DNA of 62,871 nt, counting the filler, from Neoconidiobolus thromboides FSU 785 (Eukaryota > Fungi > Entomophthoromycota), in NCBI GenBank assembly GCA_025603075.1. It is 4 parts of 4 records of this genome, joined end to end, with 100 filler letters (N's around TTAATTAATTAA, not from the genome) between each part and the next. Parts side by side here need not be neighbours in the genome. Positions count along the whole stretch, not along the records: positions 31,637 to 59,352 come from MU626499.1; 3 more parts are not named here. One strand, given 5' to 3'. Below are positions 38,555 through 48,972 of the stretch, piece after piece. The notes under the pieces are model-generated. The model was not told the origin of the DNA, did no database searches, and was given only the letters and a program-made list of their open reading frames with translations. A program made the position numbers and the translations under genes. Position 1 is the first letter of the stretch. Each line of letters starts with the position of its first letter.

Positions 38555-39429
38555 TTAACTATTATATAAACTGTTATCCTGCTTCTCCGATTTTAAATAA
38601 TTAAATAGAGCATCTCTTAGCTTATGTATCAGAATTAAAAGTAGGCCATATATTAACTCAGCAATGAATGCGAAAGCGAAAGTGAGTATAGAAAACAAGG
38701 GATGCTTATTATAATCCATAAAGAAATAGGTCCATACACCGAATCTAAATTAAGTAAGTCAAGGAAACAAAAAGGAAACATTAAAACTTACACTTCATGA
38801 ATTATAATAGATAAGACTAAATAAAATATAGAAAATAACTGTACAAAGAATACAAATACAAAATAAAACTTGGCTTTGGTTAATAAAAACTCAATCGAAA
38901 TGATGATATAGTTAAAACCATGCATCGAGGTAGTTAAAAACAAATAGGTGGAGTTATGGTTACTATTATAATCCTCTTTAAACAACAAAGACCAATATGT
39001 CAATGAGATCAAAAAAGCAAACACTAAATTAGTATGGTATAATAAACGTTGGGCAATAACTATTCCCGTTTTAGGCTGAAAAGCTTGATTAGGATCTCTT
39101 CTAACATAAACAATACTCAAATACAAAGACAACTAAAATAATATTAATATTCTAGTTCTTATCTATATTACTTATAAACTCACCAATAAATAAACAAAAA
39201 GTGAATAAAAGGATATATTAGTCATATGACCAAAAATATTAATAAGGTCATTTGTATGGTAAACGATACAAATTACAATAACTATAAATATATAAATAGT
39301 GAAGAAGGCTCTGATGAGTAACAGATGAAAAGGATTAATGAAATTGGAAGTAACAGAAAGTTCAGGATCGTTTTGATGAATAACGAATCCACTTAAATAA
39401 CTCTTAAAAAACTTATTATACTCTTTCAT
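38555..39429 (-). CDS. Multi-pass membrane protein, FAR-17a/AIG1-like, 3 exons
   Basis: Spliced hydrophobic helices with HMTN, TYW, SMHG and a final exon beginning FGVWTYFFMD. Confidence 0.6.
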
Positions 39430-40292
39430 TTACAATTAAGGCCAAAAGCACATTAAACATTAAATTATCAAAAAGTAAAATAGCTATTGTTTTTATTTTA
39501 TATACATTCATTATCTCTCTGGTCTTACCGTAATAATATTACCTTTGTTTCACTCAAATGAATTCTTGCCTATTTATTTGTTAAGCATGTTAAATTTTTT
39601 TTCAAATCTTCAAATTATTTTGCTTTTGATTGTTTTTGTACCAAATTCAGATTCCTCCAAATCAGCTTTTAATTTATCATGAAATCATATCAGTTAATTG
39701 GATTTAATATGGTGGCACTAGCACTCTATTAAATCTTACTGTATATGCTAGCATTTATTTAAGGTTAAGCCAATAGTAATAATGAAATAAAGAAGTCATT
39801 AAATTTGTAATACATTATTGTTATAATGATGTTTTAATTAAATGGAATTTTATTAATATAGTTTTTGTTTGAAATTTTATACTAATTGAATTGTGTATAA
39901 AAATATTTTTAAATTGAATTTGAGGCTTTTAAATCGATAAATCCTTATTTGAGCATTACATCACCCCTTTTAAAACTGAATTGTTTTCTATGGGCTAAAC
40001 GGCAAAGTAAAGAAAGGGAATGCTTGTATTGATATGTCTATATTTGAACTAAATTGATTATTTAAAAACATATAAAAATATTACTAAATGAAACGATTTG
40101 GATTTGATAATTAATGATGATACTATTATATTAAAACAATTCAAAACTTATTTTGAATAATATATATCAAATAATAATTCAAACTTAACTCTAGACACTT
40201 TGTTTAATATACAAAATACAAAACTGTTTTTATTTTTATTTTTATTTTTATTATAAATAATAGATGATTAACTAGTAACGCAATGTATAAAC

Positions 40293-41714
40293 TCAACTTA
40301 TAGTAAGAGTATCACCACTCTGCACCGTACTCTTTTTACCCCATCCATTTTTTATGAGGTACTCTCTTTTACTTTTACTTAACTCGTTTTCGTTAAAGTG
40401 TTCTGACAACGTAGATAGTCGAAAATTAATCTCTTCGTCATCCATTTTGTTTGCAAAACTAAAAGAGGGAGGTTCAGCAATAAAAGGAGGCGGTGAACCC
40501 TTTGCTTTTTTCCTTCTTCTATATATAAAATAGATACCTAACCCTAATAAAATACCACCAACTACTCCAGCTATAATACCCCCTATTAAAGAGCCATCAA
40601 CTTGGCTACCAGACTCTTGTACTTCTTGAGTAGTATTTAGCTTGTTTGTTACAGTTGAAAAGTTACCAACGGATTCCCAAGTATTTGTGTTAATCAAATA
40701 AGTATAACCATTAGCTTCCTTATTATCATAACCAAACGAATAGATCAAATGATCTTTAAAATGAACAAAGCAAGCGCCATAACGAGTACGAAAGTTATCT
40801 ATCCTTTTAGCTTGCCATAAATTAGTTTCCATATTCAAGATATAAATTAGATTTCGATTGTTATCACTATAATACGAATCAAAAAAGTAGATATCGCCAT
40901 TCGATTTGATATTTAATAATTTTAACTCTTTTTTTGGTATACTCTCAACATTTGAGTTCCTTAAATCTTTTTGAATTAGTTTTGTTTTCCCTTTAAATTC
41001 CAGTTTGTTTAGTTTAGTAAACCCTATCTCTTTTCTATTCTTATCAACCCCTCCCATGTAATAATAATCTCCTTTATACATAAAATTAACTGGTGAATCG
41101 ATATTTGTTTGAATAGGTATCTTTGTGAACTTTTTAGTATTTTCGTTATAAATTACTGTTGGTAAATACGTGATCTTAGGATCTCCTTTTAAATAATAAT
41201 AATAACCCCCAGCTATAATAAATTCATTCAAGTTGATATCATTCTGTACTATAGTGAATCCTTCAATCATTAAATAATCCACTCTCTTTTTATCCACTCC
41301 AATTACTTCTAAAAATTGCTTTCCACTCCCATCTTTACTCCACTTTTTACTCTCAAAGTCATAATAAACAATATTCATCGGATCTCCCTGGTCGTATACA
41401 TAAAAATGAATAACTCTACTTGAATTCCCTCCTAAATAAAACGAATATGGTGCCAGCATAACTGGACTCTCCTCACTTGCTTCCAACCTTTTGATGTCTG
41501 CTATGTTGCCGCTAACTCTTACCTCGGTTGATAAATCCAAATAATGAACGTTTTCGTTATAAGCGTCAACGTCGATATTCGGAGTAACCACCTTACCACC
41601 AAAATAATATACCTTATCCCTGGCTATGGTGCAACTAGCATCACTGAGCCTGACCACCTGCTGGCCAGTATATACCTGCAAAATATAGAATATAAATAAT
41701 AAATAAAACGCCAT
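40293..41714 (-). CDS. Kelch-like beta-propeller type I membrane protein
   Basis: Signal peptide; Kelch-like units KVYYFGG, FIIAGG, YYYMGG, LIYSFG; TM GGIIAGVVGGILLGLGIYFIY followed by RRRKK. Confidence 0.75.
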   Translation of the reverse strand: MAFYLLFIFYILQVYTGQQVVRLSDASCTIARDKVYYFGGKVVTPNIDVDAYNENVHYLDLSTEVRVSGNIADIKRLEASEESPVMLAPYSFYLGGNSSRVIHFYVYDQGDPMNIVYYDFESKKWSKDGSGKQFLEVIGVDKKRVDYLMIEGFTIVQNDINLNEFIIAGGYYYYLKGDPKITYLPTVIYNENTKKFTKIPIQTNIDSPVNFMYKGDYYYMGGVDKNRKEIGFTKLNKLEFKGKTKLIQKDLRNSNVESIPKKELKLLNIKSNGDIYFFDSYYSDNNRNLIYILNMETNLWQAKRIDNFRTRYGACFVHFKDHLIYSFGYDNKEANGYTYLINTNTWESVGNFSTVTNKLNTTQEVQESGSQVDGSLIGGIIAGVVGGILLGLGIYFIYRRRKKAKGSPPPFIAEPPSFSFANKMDDEEINFRLSTLSEHFNENELSKSKREYLIKNGWGKKSTVQSGDTLTIS

Positions 41715-42761
41715 CCTCGGATTTATTTAATCAAGCTTCTGTAGCATTTGGTGATTTATGAATTTACATTAAAATGGTTCTTTAGAAAAGATCATTTTAA
41801 TGTTACTTTAGCTTAGCAGGTTAAATTGGTTTTTGATTGGTGAGTTATTTGCTTCTTTTGGTAGTAATACTCTAGTGGATTAAGTTAAAACTATTAGGAC
41901 TAGATATAGCCTATTACTTGTATAGGTGGATCCCATGCTTAATTTATGCAAATATAATATTTAAAAATACTAATTTACTTCAATGTAATAATATAGGATA
42001 ACAAATTGTGAATTTTATAGTTTATAGACATAGTATTTAACCTTAATAATACATTCTCTAAAATTCATTAATACACACTATTTTCATTTATAATCAATTG
42101 TATACTTTTCTAAAAAAGAGTGAATATTTTCTAGTAAAGTTTGCCATTTGCTTGAAAAACTTGCAACTTCATATAAACTCAGGTAAATTTTTCGCATCTA
42201 TAAATAAGAACGCGCAAAATTTTGTTGGAAAACGTTCACTTTTCTTATAAGCTATGTAAACCATAAGTGAAAATAGTGTATTATGAAAAAAGTGAACCTT
42301 AAGAAAATACAAGTCTTTTAATAAACATTTTAATCCATAGAGTCTAATCTCATTGGTATAATACAATATTTTCAACTATCAAATAGTGTCATTTAAACAA
42401 TTTTATTTAGTAAATATTTCAAATTTTAAATATACCAAGCATACCTTTATTTTAATAAAACATTAATTATACTAATTTGGATAGCTTTAAAGTCAACTTT
42501 ATTCAAAAGTGACGAGGTCTCTATAATAAAATAAAGTAAGTCGCAAAAAACAGTGTTATGTAGTCCAATGACAGCGTAATTAATCTAATATTCACTGTAC
42601 ATCTAACAAATAGATCACCTCCCTTTTCAATTGACTTTAATTAATTATCATTTTTAAGCTAATTCCTCAAACTTACTCAAACCCAACTAAAAATTGCGAA
42701 ATTTCAAACAATAAATAGGTCACTATTATGTGACTTTTCCTTAATTTCGTAATTTTGAAAA

Positions 42762-43676
42762 ATGACCTTCCGCAATGCTTTCCCACACCGCTTATTTGGC
42801 TCTTGTGTAGCCTGCTTCCTCGTTTTAATTGTATTGATCTCTTTAAGTAATAGGAATGAGCATTTGAGAAGTGATTTGGTTAAGAGATCTGTGAAAGAAG
42901 ATGACAACAAAGTCCCAGTGGAATTATATGTAATGTCGAAATGCCCAGGTAACTTAAGTTCGAATTAAACTGTTTTCAATTAACATTGAACTAGATGCTG
43001 TATTTTGTGAATCTGTCTTTTCGAATGTTAGTAAGTTGTTCTTTGGAGCTATGACATTAGGAGTGTATTAATTGAATAATTTAGTAACTGAGATTGGAGA
43101 AATTGTGGACCCAAGCCTCAACTTCATTGGGAGTTTAAACGAAACAGCAAAATATGGCACAAATTGTATGCACGGGGACACAGAAGTAAGTTTCATTTTT
43201 CTTAAAAAAATTAATTTGACTTATCCCTGAAAAGTGTCTCGGAAACATCCAAGAGTTATGTGCCCAAAGGGTATCCAAGAACTGGTATTCGTTTGTATTA
43301 TGCATGAACAAAGATTTCAGAAAAATTGGTGTTGATGATACAATTACTGATAACTGTCTAAAATTTTCTGGCATCAACAAAAAGAGGTTTGATCATTGCG
43401 TCGATAGGAGGGGTAAAACTCTTTTGACAAGAAATGTTAAAAGATCAATTAACCTTGGGTTAAAGTAATCCGATTAATTCTTATTAAATCAATATTAATC
43501 ATTATTTTAGCAAAAGTTGCACAATCCTTATTAATCGCGGAGAATACAAATGCATCCATGATGGTACTTGGAAAGAATGCTCCGGAGGGTACCAAGTCGA
43601 TGATTTCGTAAGACAAATTTGCATCTCTTACGAGGGTAAAAATATTTCCCCTCGTTGTAAAAAATATTTTAAATGA
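42762..43676 (+). CDS. GILT-family (IFI30-like) thiol reductase, multi-exon
   Basis: N-terminal signal/anchor. Spliced VELYVMSKCPDAVFC, signature CMHGDTECLGNIQELC, then KSCTILIN and further C-terminal cysteines. Confidence 0.87.
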
Positions 43677-43958
43677 AGCTATCCTTATTGAAATACTGTG
43701 TTTTTTAATTTTCTAAATTTAATTTAAGAAATGTCCTAGATCCAAGAATAAAAGGCTCAATATGCTATAGTTGATTTTATCAATGAGATACCCGGCTATG
43801 TTGTTTAAAATAAAGAATCTCAAAATATAGCAAAGAACTAACTTTTAGTATAGATACCACGGCAAAGTTCATATTTAATCGCATATTTTTAACATGAGAC
43901 TTTTTACAAAATTGTTTTAATAGCTCAGTTGTCAAAAATGCCTAAACCAAGCAATATA

Positions 43959-44060
43959 TAGGGATGTTTTTTTTTGACTTCATCATTTTTTCCATCTTTT
44001 AAGCACTATTTGAGCAGAAAAATTGTTATTAAAATTCTTAAATACAAAAACACATCCATA
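43959..44060 (-). mobile_element. MITE family copy, 102 bp
   Basis: TA|TAGGGATGTTTTTT...AAAAACACATCCATA|TA with the family core. Confidence 0.85.
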
Positions 44061-44116
44061 TATGCTAAATACAAGAATACAAGTAGATATTGAAACATTA
44101 ATTTTTATTATGAATA

Positions 44117-45298
44117 TTAGTTTAGACAAATTATAAATGGGGCCACTAAAAGAAGGATAGAAAAGCCGAAAACTCCAGTATTACTACTGTTACTAGAATT
44201 GCCTTTCTTGCTACTTGCTTCCATTTGTGAAGAGGTGATAGAAGTTGAATTAATACTATCTACAAGTTTGTTATTGTTAACGTCAATTAAATAGACAGAG
44301 TTAGTAGCTTGTTCCTTTTCAAATCCAAAAGAGGAGATTATTACTCCATTATTGTAAACTGAGCAAGCCTTATTCTTTGGCTTGAAATCAAAAATAGTTT
44401 TTTTCTCCCACTCATTGGAATTCAAGTATAAAACATAGACCTGATCTTCATCTTTTTCTGTATAATAGGAATTAAAAAAATAGATACTATCTTCTACTCT
44501 AACAGTTTCGAAATTATAAAACGTATTGTTAGGTGCATCTCCTCTCAGTTCAATTTTATTCACTAAATTCTTTTTGATGTTTACTTTGGTCATAAAGCTA
44601 TACTCGTTTTCATCTCCTTTTTCGTCTTTACCACCTATTATATAGTAATCGCCCTTATAAACGAAAGAAGACTGGTAACTAACCTTTGGTACCTTAGTTG
44701 AAATTTTACTATATTGTTTCAATTTCTGGTCATATTTAATCAAAGGTAAATAGTTTGCCTTATCTACCTTCTCTTTTAGAGAGTAATAAAAACCACCAAA
44801 GATAAAAAACTCATCCACATTGACATCGCTTTGTACAATATTGAAACCCTCAACATGTAAATAATCCACTTGATTCTTGTTAATTCCTGCTAACTCAATG
44901 TACTTTTCATCCCTTTTTTCTTTACTCCAGCTATTCCTTTTAGCATCATAATAGTTAATACTAATAGGTAACCCCTCATCAAATATGTAAAAATTGATGG
45001 CTTTACTGCTATTATTCCCCAATGAGAAGGAATATGGATTGATCATAGCTGGTGCCTTTTCATTAGATTCTTCACTTTGAATGGGTGCTAAATTAGACTC
45101 TGTTTTAATCCCCTTAGACATGTCTAAAGAGTATACCTTTTGGTTGTAGGAGTCAACTTGGAATGTAGTAGATAATAATTTGCCACCAAAATAGTAGACT
45201 TTATCATTGATTAAAGTACATCCATGATTGGTAAGTTGTGGTAGACTGGCGTCTTGACAGAGCACTATATTTACTATTAGGAGTAAGAAAAAATACAT
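44117..45298 (-). CDS. Kelch-like beta-propeller protein, putative GPI-anchored; paralogue of 40293-41714
   Basis: Shares blocks CT...DKVYYFGG, P.M..PYSF.LG.NSS, EGF.IVQ.D.N..EF.I.GG.YY, KGDYY..GG and SFG with the other copy. Ends in a Ser/Asn-rich linker plus hydrophobic tail with no cytosolic domain. Confidence 0.75.
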   Translation of the reverse strand: MYFFLLLIVNIVLCQDASLPQLTNHGCTLINDKVYYFGGKLLSTTFQVDSYNQKVYSLDMSKGIKTESNLAPIQSEESNEKAPAMINPYSFSLGNNSSKAINFYIFDEGLPISINYYDAKRNSWSKEKRDEKYIELAGINKNQVDYLHVEGFNIVQSDVNVDEFFIFGGFYYSLKEKVDKANYLPLIKYDQKLKQYSKISTKVPKVSYQSSFVYKGDYYIIGGKDEKGDENEYSFMTKVNIKKNLVNKIELRGDAPNNTFYNFETVRVEDSIYFFNSYYTEKDEDQVYVLYLNSNEWEKKTIFDFKPKNKACSVYNNGVIISSFGFEKEQATNSVYLIDVNNNKLVDSINSTSITSSQMEASSKKGNSSNSSNTGVFGFSILLLVAPFIICLN

Positions 45299-45844
45299 GA
45301 TTTAGAGTAAACCTGGATTATTTTTTAAAATTCATCTTACAATTTAGATGATTATGTATAAGTAGCCAATAATGAATGAAATAACTAATAATATTAATAT
45401 CACATAAAAGTAATTCTTAGTTATGGAATAAAGATAGCACATTTTTAAAAAATAGATTCTATTTTTTCTAAATTTGTAGCTTTGTTATATTATAAAATCA
45501 ACTCTAACAGGTTTAATAAATTGTTCACTACTTTTAGTATTTTCTTGAGTTCGAAATGTGATTCAAAATTTAATAAAACAAAAACAAGCCGTAAAATTTT
45601 TTTAACATTATTATGACTTCAAATTATAATTTTTAAATAAAGCGTCAGTCTATGGCAGGTTCAAATCTTTAAAACACAAGCAAGCACTTTACATAGCTCT
45701 ATGAATAATTCAAACCAGAGAGTGTTGAAATTACTGGTGATAAAGTATGCTTTAATTAAGAATCCGAATAAAAATCCGAATAAAAATCCAGTGACAGTGT
45801 ATCAGAAAGTTAGTAAATAGTCAGATATAACAAAAAAGATGATA

Positions 45845-45943
45845 TGGGGATGTATTTTTCTGTTTAAGAATTTTGCTAACAACTTTTCCTCTCAAATAGC
45901 GCTTAAGATAGAAAAAGTAATGAAGCCAAAAAAAACACCCCCA
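45845..45943 (+). mobile_element. MITE family copy, 99 bp, best-preserved TIRs
   Basis: TA|TGGGGATGTATTTTT...AAAAAAACACCCCCA|TA. Confidence 0.88.
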
Positions 45944-46862
45944 TACCTTGAAATTTTAAAGACAATTTATTGGTTGCAATAAAAATAATATAAATTGTTT
46001 TTAATATTTAACAGAAAAGTAGTACAGTTGCTTCAATTATAAAATTTATTTGCCCTTTTAACTACCACTCTGCTTTTAGAAACTTTGATTTTTATTTGTT
46101 GTTTTACTTATTGAAGCTGTAGCATAAACAACATTTAATAAGACTGTTGATTAAAAGTAGAAGCTTCTTTTGGGTTATCTTAAATTGAAATGTTCTTCCA
46201 TTAAGCTACTTTTTAATAACATCCCAATCACTTGGCATTTTGCAGTCTACAAAAGTCATCTCCCGACTCACAAGTTACCAAATTAGATAAATATTAATTA
46301 GCTTTTTAAACTATAATTAGTTGCAACTATGAATAGATGATTAAGACTATGTTATAGTCAAGTAAATAGAAGCTATATCCTTCGAAAAACAAGGAAGTTG
46401 GGAGCTTTTACTTGCAAGGTTCATAAAAATAGGAACTATCATCCGAAAATAGCAACAACTATCTGATAATAGATATTTTGTTTTAAACCTATTGAAGTTA
46501 TTTGCCTTCTATAGATAAAAGTGGAGTATTATTTTTAATTTCAATAGTATTCTTAATATATTTAAAATGCTAATTTACTATTATAAAAATGATAAAATGA
46601 TGATTTAAGACAAACCATACTTTTGTTTGACATTTAGGTCTTTTAACATAAACTTAACAACCTATATTTTGATTAAAATAATCTCAACCATTTTATAAAT
46701 ATTGTTTTAACCCAACTTTATGCAGAGAAATATCCTTTTTCCAGCCCTAAATAGAAACCTTCATCAATTTATATCATTTTGATTTAATCATAGAACACGA
46801 ATAAACCTTTGAAACTTAAATTAACTTTTCTTTTTTTACAAATTTAATTTTATAATCCCTTT

Positions 46863-48683
46863 TTGATGGATTATATAGCGGCAATCAATGCCAATGCAAA
46901 CCATTTAGTCAAATTAAAAGTACGAAAAAGACGCAATCGAGGGCCGAAACCTCGAGGGCCGAAACCACAAGTATGTGATTTATGTCAGCTGAGGAAAGTA
47001 AAATGTGACAAAGTATTACCGCGCTGCTCTTTTTGCCAAAAGATGAATAAGCCTTGCACTTATGATAGAAATGGTTTCTATGATGAAGCTAGTAGCAATA
47101 ATTATAACTCGATAAAGTTTATAAGCGGAAGCCAAACAAATGTATTTTATTCAATGAAATCAAGACTTTCAGCAAACTTTACCATCAATTCATTGATAAA
47201 TACATCGCGCTATAAACTGGTACTCCATCCAGATGGTAGGTACTCATACTTTGGTCCCAGTATGGCTACCTATTATTTCACGAATTCATCACACTTATTT
47301 AATGACTTGATATCAAATTCAAGGATAGTAACTTATTCCAAAAAGTATTCAGGGGATATAAAAATAGAAATAACACCAACAATCACACTTCAATTGATCG
47401 AATTATATTTTGCACATCTAAACAACTTTTTTCCATTAATAAATCCAACCTCTTTTTATTCACAGCTCAATAATGCAAAAAAACATGATCACCCATTCTT
47501 GGCACTGTTAAATATAGTTTGTCTAAGCGGTGCTTCTTATTACCCCAATCGTACAGTGGCTAGAATCATTTCTACTTATTATGCTAGTAAAGTTCAAACT
47601 TACTTTAAGAAAATTTACCTCAAGCCAAGTTTAAATTCCATACAGGCCTATCTTTTGGCTTCATATCATATTTCTTTATGTGAGAATGATACGGTTATAG
47701 AAAATGCATGGTATTACCTAGGTCTTGCTAAAAGAATGCTTTCAATATTCTATTATCAATCTTCGCCAATAAGAAGTCAACATGTGAATAGCTCTTTTGA
47801 GAATCAAAGTTGGATTATGTTCTGTTGTGAGGCAATTTTATCCTATTCTTTTGGAAGGCCTAATTATATTACACAAGATGAAACTTCGCTTTCAAAAGCG
47901 AAGTTTTATTTACCTTCTGTTAATTTTACAGCGGCCAACATCTTTTTAGTTAAAGAGTTAGCTAGTTTAGATCCCACTCTCAACTTAAAATTTTTTAAGC
48001 AATTTTGTTATCATTGTATATTTCTATCTCAATGGAGTATACTTAAAGATAATTATGGCCTAGGCAATGGCTCTAAACTTCGCTTAAATTATGAGTCAAA
48101 GCAACAACTACTCAATGACTCAATAAAAAACCATGTGTATTTACTTGAAAATGAAGCCATCCGCTGGTATTTACGCCTGCCAAGATTTGATTCTGGAAGA
48201 ACCAACCCAGATGCTATGCAATTACCTAATGGTAAAGACATCCATAAATCTTATCTAGCTGCACTTCATTTCAGTTTTTTGATTGATTTAAACAAGCCTT
48301 TCATCACCAAAGCTCAGACCGTGGGATTAGCAGTGCCAATCGGAGACTCATTATCACTTGAAGATTACTATTCGAAAAACTCGTTGGAGCGATGTCTCCT
48401 ATGTGCCTTCTTTGGTACGCAAGTGGTTATGGATTCTAATGAGAGGATTGTTGAGATAGCCATTCCCTTCTTTTGGTATTGTGCATTACAGTTTACCTTT
48501 ATATTTGTTTATGTAATTAGAAATTTTGAGAAAAATCACTGGGCATTAAACCCTTCCAGAAAGAATGGCTTATTTCTTTATAGATTGATCGAAAAATATT
48601 CAGATAAATGGGTGTTAACTAGAGATACATTTCAAATTGTGCAGTCGATACTGGTTGAGGGAGAAAGCTTCTTTTTCAATTAA
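46863..48683 (+). CDS. Zn2Cys6 transcription factor with fungal-specific TF domain
   Basis: CDLC-x6-C-x6-CSFC-x6-C; YFAHLNNFFPLI; IQAYLL; AWYYLGLAKR; SYSFGRP. Confidence 0.92.
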   Translation: MMDYIAAINANANHLVKLKVRKRRNRGPKPRGPKPQVCDLCQLRKVKCDKVLPRCSFCQKMNKPCTYDRNGFYDEASSNNYNSIKFISGSQTNVFYSMKSRLSANFTINSLINTSRYKLVLHPDGRYSYFGPSMATYYFTNSSHLFNDLISNSRIVTYSKKYSGDIKIEITPTITLQLIELYFAHLNNFFPLINPTSFYSQLNNAKKHDHPFLALLNIVCLSGASYYPNRTVARIISTYYASKVQTYFKKIYLKPSLNSIQAYLLASYHISLCENDTVIENAWYYLGLAKRMLSIFYYQSSPIRSQHVNSSFENQSWIMFCCEAILSYSFGRPNYITQDETSLSKAKFYLPSVNFTAANIFLVKELASLDPTLNLKFFKQFCYHCIFLSQWSILKDNYGLGNGSKLRLNYESKQQLLNDSIKNHVYLLENEAIRWYLRLPRFDSGRTNPDAMQLPNGKDIHKSYLAALHFSFLIDLNKPFITKAQTVGLAVPIGDSLSLEDYYSKNSLERCLLCAFFGTQVVMDSNERIVEIAIPFFWYCALQFTFIFVYVIRNFEKNHWALNPSRKNGLFLYRLIEKYSDKWVLTRDTFQIVQSILVEGESFFFN

Positions 48684-48877
48684 GCTGATAGGGTTAAATA
48701 AATAAAATAACCTTTTCTTAATTTTTAAAATCACACAAATGTCCCTAGTTTATACTTCATTAAAACAAATTGACTACAAACACAAAACCATTTTTAGCAG
48801 ACTATTTTTACTACTGCTTTGGCTTTAAAGTTATAAGAACAAATGTTTTTAACTACTAAAGTCACTTATAAGACATA

Positions 48878-48972
48878 TAGGGATGTAATTTTGTTTAAGA
48901 ATTTTGCTAACAATCTTTTTGCTTAAGTAGTGCTTAAAGGATGGAAAAAGTAATGAAGAAAAAGCATAACTA
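48878..48972 (+). mobile_element. MITE family copy, right TIR decayed
   Basis: TA|TAGGGATGTAATTTTGTTTAAGAATTTTGCTAACAATC...GGAAAAAGTAATGAAG. Confidence 0.75.

Noticed and set aside
43915-43950. tRNA-like TAGCTCAGTTG (and GGTTCAAATC at ~45657)
   Set aside because: Isolated A-box and B-box-like words with no cloverleaf stems around them.
46060-46290. Minus-strand frame with one internal stop (MTFVDCKMPSDWDVIKK*LNGRTFQF...)
   Set aside because: Might be a gene relic, but it is short with no recognisable family or boundaries.
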